In this document: positions 61,327-64,000 of the stretch, one piece after another
Position numbering within the stretch: the stretch's first letter is position 1
Layout of the letters: each line of letters starts with the position of its first letter
Source of the DNA: Phycisphaeraceae bacterium
Lineage (GTDB): Bacteria; Planctomycetota; Phycisphaerae; Phycisphaerales; UBA1924
Assembly (NCBI GenBank): GCA_007693965.1
Contig: RECQ01000031.1
Location: 17,771 to 81,770, forward strand
Direction of reading: 5' to 3'
DNA: 64,000 nt
Translations under genes and position numbers: made by a program
The notes under the pieces: generated by a model
The model's database searches: none
The model's input: only the letters and a program-made list of their open reading frames with translations
What the model was told of the DNA's origin: nothing

Positions 61327-61788
61327 ATGAAAGCGGTACTCTTCGCGGTGCTGGCGGGATTATGCTGGGGGATCGGCGAGCTGTTCACCCGCTCGGTGCT
61401 GCAGACCAGGCAGATCGGGCCGATCACCGCCATCGCGGTGCGCTCGACCGTGGCCCTGCCGGTGCTCTGGATCGCCTACTTGATCACCGTCCACATCGCC
61501 GGCGCCGAGCCGCACGACTGGATGAAGGCGGACACGGGCACGCTGCTCAAGCTGATTCTCGGCTCCGGCCTCGTCGCCGGCGCCGCGGCGATGGTCTTCT
61601 TCTACATGGCCCTGAACCTGGGTGAAATTTCGCGCGTCAAGCCCATCGCCTTCGCGCTGGCGCCCGCAACTGCGGTGCTGCTCGGATGGATGATCCTGCA
61701 CGAGCCCATGACTGTGCGCAAGGGCGTCGCGGTCGCGCTGATCCTCGCCGGCGTGGTGCTGCTGACGGGCGGAGGGGCAAAGCATTGA
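61327..61788 (+). CDS. Small EamA-like (DMT superfamily) 4-TM transporter
   Basis: 153 aa, four TM helices, EamA-like glycine-rich motifs. Start at MKAVLF. Confidence 0.6.
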   Translation: MKAVLFAVLAGLCWGIGELFTRSVLQTRQIGPITAIAVRSTVALPVLWIAYLITVHIAGAEPHDWMKADTGTLLKLILGSGLVAGAAAMVFFYMALNLGEISRVKPIAFALAPATAVLLGWMILHEPMTVRKGVAVALILAGVVLLTGGGAKH

Positions 61789-63176
61789 AACTGACTTTCT
61801 ACGGCGCCGCGGGCGAAGTGACGGGCTCCTGCACGCTCATTGAAACGAGTCGGACCCGTGTTCTGGTCGATCTCGGCCTGCACCAGGGCAGCGAAGGGGC
61901 GCAGAAGCGCAACCGGCGCCCGCTGCCCTTCAACGTCGAATCACTCGGCGCCGTCGTGCTCACGCACGCCCACATCGATCACTGCGGCCGGCTGCCGCTG
62001 CTCACCCGCGAGAAGCGACCCCCCTCCATCTACGCCACGCCCGCCACCTGCGACCTCGCCGAGATCATGCTGCGCGACTCGGCCAACGTGCAGGCCCAGG
62101 ATGCAGAACGCCTGAACCGCCACCGCCAGCGCCAGGGGCGCAAAACAGTCCGCCCGCTGTACAGCGCCGACGAAGTGGAAAAGACACTCCCGCTCTTCAA
62201 GTCGCTCGCGTGCGACGCGTCGCGCGAGATCGCGCCCGGCGTGACGCTGCGCTTCCGCGAGGCCGGCCACATCATCGGCTCCGCCATTGCCGAGCTGACC
62301 ATCGAGGATGGCCGCGAGAAGAAAACAGTTGTCTTCTCCGGCGACATCGGCCCGAAGTACGCCCCGCTGCTGCGCGACCCGGCGAAGCTCACACGCGCCG
62401 ACGCGGTGATTCTCGAATCGACCTACGGCGACCGCGAGCACCGGCCCATGTCGGAAACCATCGACGAATTCGTCGAGACTATCACCGACGCCCACACCTC
62501 CGGCGGCAAGGTCATCATCCCCGCCTTCGCCGTCGGGCGCACGCAGCAGCTCATCTACCACCTCGGCGAGCTGCGGCGCGAAGGGCGCCTGCCCGAAACG
62601 CCTGTCTACATCGACAGCCCAATGGCCATCTCCGCCACCGATCTCTACCGACGCCACCGCGAGGTCTTCGACGACGACGCGTGGAAGATCATCGACTCCG
62701 GCGACTCGCCGCTGAGGTTCAAGAACCTCCACTTCACGCGCTCGCCCGAGGAATCACGCAAACTCAACAGCATCACCAGCGGCGCCATCATTATCTCGGC
62801 GTCCGGCATGTGCGAGGGCGGACGCATCCTGCACCACCTCAAGCACAACCTGTGGAAACGCCAGACGCACCTGATCATCGTCGGCTACCAGGCCCGCGGC
62901 ACGCTCGGACGCCGCCTGGTCGACGGCGACCGGCGCGTGCACGTGATGGGCGAGCCCGTCGCCGTGAAGGCGAAGATCCACACCATCGGCGGCTTCTCCG
63001 CCCACGCCGGACAGCGAGAATTGTTCGAATGGGCCGAGGGCTTCCGCAAATCATCACCCACGTTCTTCATCAACCACGGCGAAGACAGAGCGCGGGCGGC
63101 CATGCGCGATCGCCTGCTGAAGGACATGGATGTGAAGATCGAGATTCCTCGGCGCGATCAGTCGTTCGAGATCTGA
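61785..63176 (+). CDS. MBL-fold beta-CASP ribonuclease (RNA-metabolising metallo-beta-lactamase, CPSF/RNase J-related)
   Basis: HTHAHIDHCG metallo-beta-lactamase motif, beta-CASP motifs (ESTYGDREH, ...GGFSAHAG) and RNA-specificity C-terminal region. TTG start overlapping the upstream stop. Confidence 0.8.
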   Translation: MKLTFYGAAGEVTGSCTLIETSRTRVLVDLGLHQGSEGAQKRNRRPLPFNVESLGAVVLTHAHIDHCGRLPLLTREKRPPSIYATPATCDLAEIMLRDSANVQAQDAERLNRHRQRQGRKTVRPLYSADEVEKTLPLFKSLACDASREIAPGVTLRFREAGHIIGSAIAELTIEDGREKKTVVFSGDIGPKYAPLLRDPAKLTRADAVILESTYGDREHRPMSETIDEFVETITDAHTSGGKVIIPAFAVGRTQQLIYHLGELRREGRLPETPVYIDSPMAISATDLYRRHREVFDDDAWKIIDSGDSPLRFKNLHFTRSPEESRKLNSITSGAIIISASGMCEGGRILHHLKHNLWKRQTHLIIVGYQARGTLGRRLVDGDRRVHVMGEPVAVKAKIHTIGGFSAHAGQRELFEWAEGFRKSSPTFFINHGEDRARAAMRDRLLKDMDVKIEIPRRDQSFEI

Positions 63177-63198
63177 CCACGAGCCCGAAGCGCGAGCG

Positions 63199-63424
63199 AG
63201 GGGGTACACCTCAGAGGCACAGAGGCACAGAGGCACAGAGGCGCAGAGGCGCAGAGAAGAATTTTGTGATGTGATGAATCGAGGCGGTGTTTCGGTTCGG
63301 ATGATTTCTGGCCCGAATGAAGCGACGGCCCCGGCCCGGCGCATCACGCATTCGCCATCACATGCCGCACTCTTCCGACTCTCCCCACCTCTGTGCCTCT
63401 GTGTCTCCGTGGTTCTCCCCCCCG
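63199..63424. repeat. Family-A hairpin repeat element, copy A4, the longest, with five tandem cacagagg octamers
   Basis: ggggtacacctcagaggcacagaggcacagaggcacagaggcgcagaggcgcagagaagaattttgtgatgtgatg ... ccacctctgtgcctctgtgtctccgtggttctccc. Confidence 0.75.
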
Positions 63425-63434
63425 GGAAACCACA

Positions 63435-63665
63435 TTACGCAGAGACATCGATCCGGCCGCCATAGGCGTTGCCGGATTTCGAGTTCGAATCGCTCTGAAT
63501 CTGCTTCGCGCCTTCGAGCATCTTGTCGATCGCCTGGCCCTGTTCCTCCGCGACGTTCAGCGCGGTGCGGGCGACGGCGACGCCGACGCGGCTGCGAAGG
63601 TCTGCGGATCCGATGAGGCTTGCTGCATCCATGCACACAGCATCGACCGGCGCCGGCGCCGGCAT
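63435..63665 (-). CDS. Small hypothetical protein (about 65-76 aa)
   Basis: ORF MDAASLIGSADLRSRVGVAVARTALNVAEEQGQAIDKMLEGAKQIQSDSNSKSGNAYGGRIDVSA with a coding-like composition. No recognisable family; start uncertain. Confidence 0.3.
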   Translation of the reverse strand: MPAPAPVDAVCMDAASLIGSADLRSRVGVAVARTALNVAEEQGQAIDKMLEGAKQIQSDSNSKSGNAYGGRIDVSA

Positions 63666-64000
63666 GAAGCGAATCGGCGTTTTCCGGGTCCGAGAACCAC
63701 GCCGGCGCCTCAATGGAACGCTCCCTCACGATCCCGAAGCGCCAGCGAGGGTTCCCCCGCCTCTCCCGCTGGGAGAGGCTGTCCGCGCAGCGGACTGGAG
63801 AGGGCTCCTTCTTCTTCTTTCTTCTCCTACGCTCGATCAACCACCGACATTCGCGCTCCACCCGAACTGCTGAATCGTGAACATCCGACGTTCGAGCGTT
63901 GGAGAAAATGGAGAAGAAAGAGCCCTCACCCTGCCCTCTCCCAGAGGAGGATTATGCGCCGTTCGGCGCGTGTTAGGCGCAGATTTTGGCGCGCGTCGCG

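Overview
This is a high-GC (about 68-70%) bacterial chromosomal window that contains the replication origin region. dnaA lies at 7250..8641, and two perfect TTATCCACA boxes plus a head-to-head box pair sit in the AT-richer stretch downstream (8642..9153), before a convergent mutM. The gene content and style point to Planctomycetota-like taxonomy; this is inference only. The supporting traits are an ECF sigma plus TPR Ser/Thr kinase pair with the conserved kinase N-terminal leader, dockerin-like repeats, a prenyltransferase/squalene-oxidase repeat protein, a MoxR-DUF58-BatA-BatB cluster and many signal-peptide hypotheticals.

Main blocks, in order:
1. A tandem array of at least four paralogous membrane proteins (1..4466). 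Each has TM1, a C-x2-C...C-P-E-C-G zinc ribbon, TM2, a large divergent ectodomain and a conserved C-terminal 'YWGxEIVIRDVPV' motif.
2. gatC, a DedA-family membrane protein and tRNase Z (rnz), then dnaA and the putative oriC.
3. mutM.
4. A long plus-strand operon: moxR, a small zinc-ribbon membrane protein, DUF58, BatA-like, BatB-like, a 1233-aa coiled-coil membrane protein, an acidic secreted protein, a prenyltransferase-repeat protein and a secreted hypothetical.
5. FKBP and tmk.
6. A MNT/HEPN toxin-antitoxin pair followed by two paralogous secreted proteins.
7. A remnant of a P-type ATPase.
8. A secreted EEP-family nuclease with dockerin repeats.
9. A 1286-aa eukaryote-type 5-oxoprolinase.
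10. A nine-gene Mrp-type cation/proton antiporter cluster with three NuoL/M/N-like subunits and a split MrpA.
11. The rrf2-sufBCDSUT operon.
12. gabD, the TPR Ser/Thr kinase and the ECF sigma factor.
13. An SPFH/flotillin protein, rtcB, a VOC dioxygenase, mscS, a small EamA transporter and a beta-CASP MBL ribonuclease.

The most unusual sequence-level signal is three families of structured intergenic repeats:
- Family A: about 140-220 bp hairpin elements with CACAGAG-type octamer terminal inverted repeats. There are four copies, all intercistronic (tmk/FKBP, sufU/sufT, sufB/sufC, after the beta-CASP RNase).
- Family C: about 180 bp elements with roughly 35 bp GGAGTGAGACGGAG terminal inverted repeats. 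Two copies flank the 5-oxoprolinase gene in inverted orientation, and one supplies its stop codon.
- Family B: GAGTTCT heptamer tandem tracts. One sits upstream of sufB; one forms a roughly 100 nt palindrome after rtcB.

No rRNA, tRNA or CRISPR array was recognised. Many long reverse-strand ORFs in the track are GC-driven shadow ORFs and were rejected.
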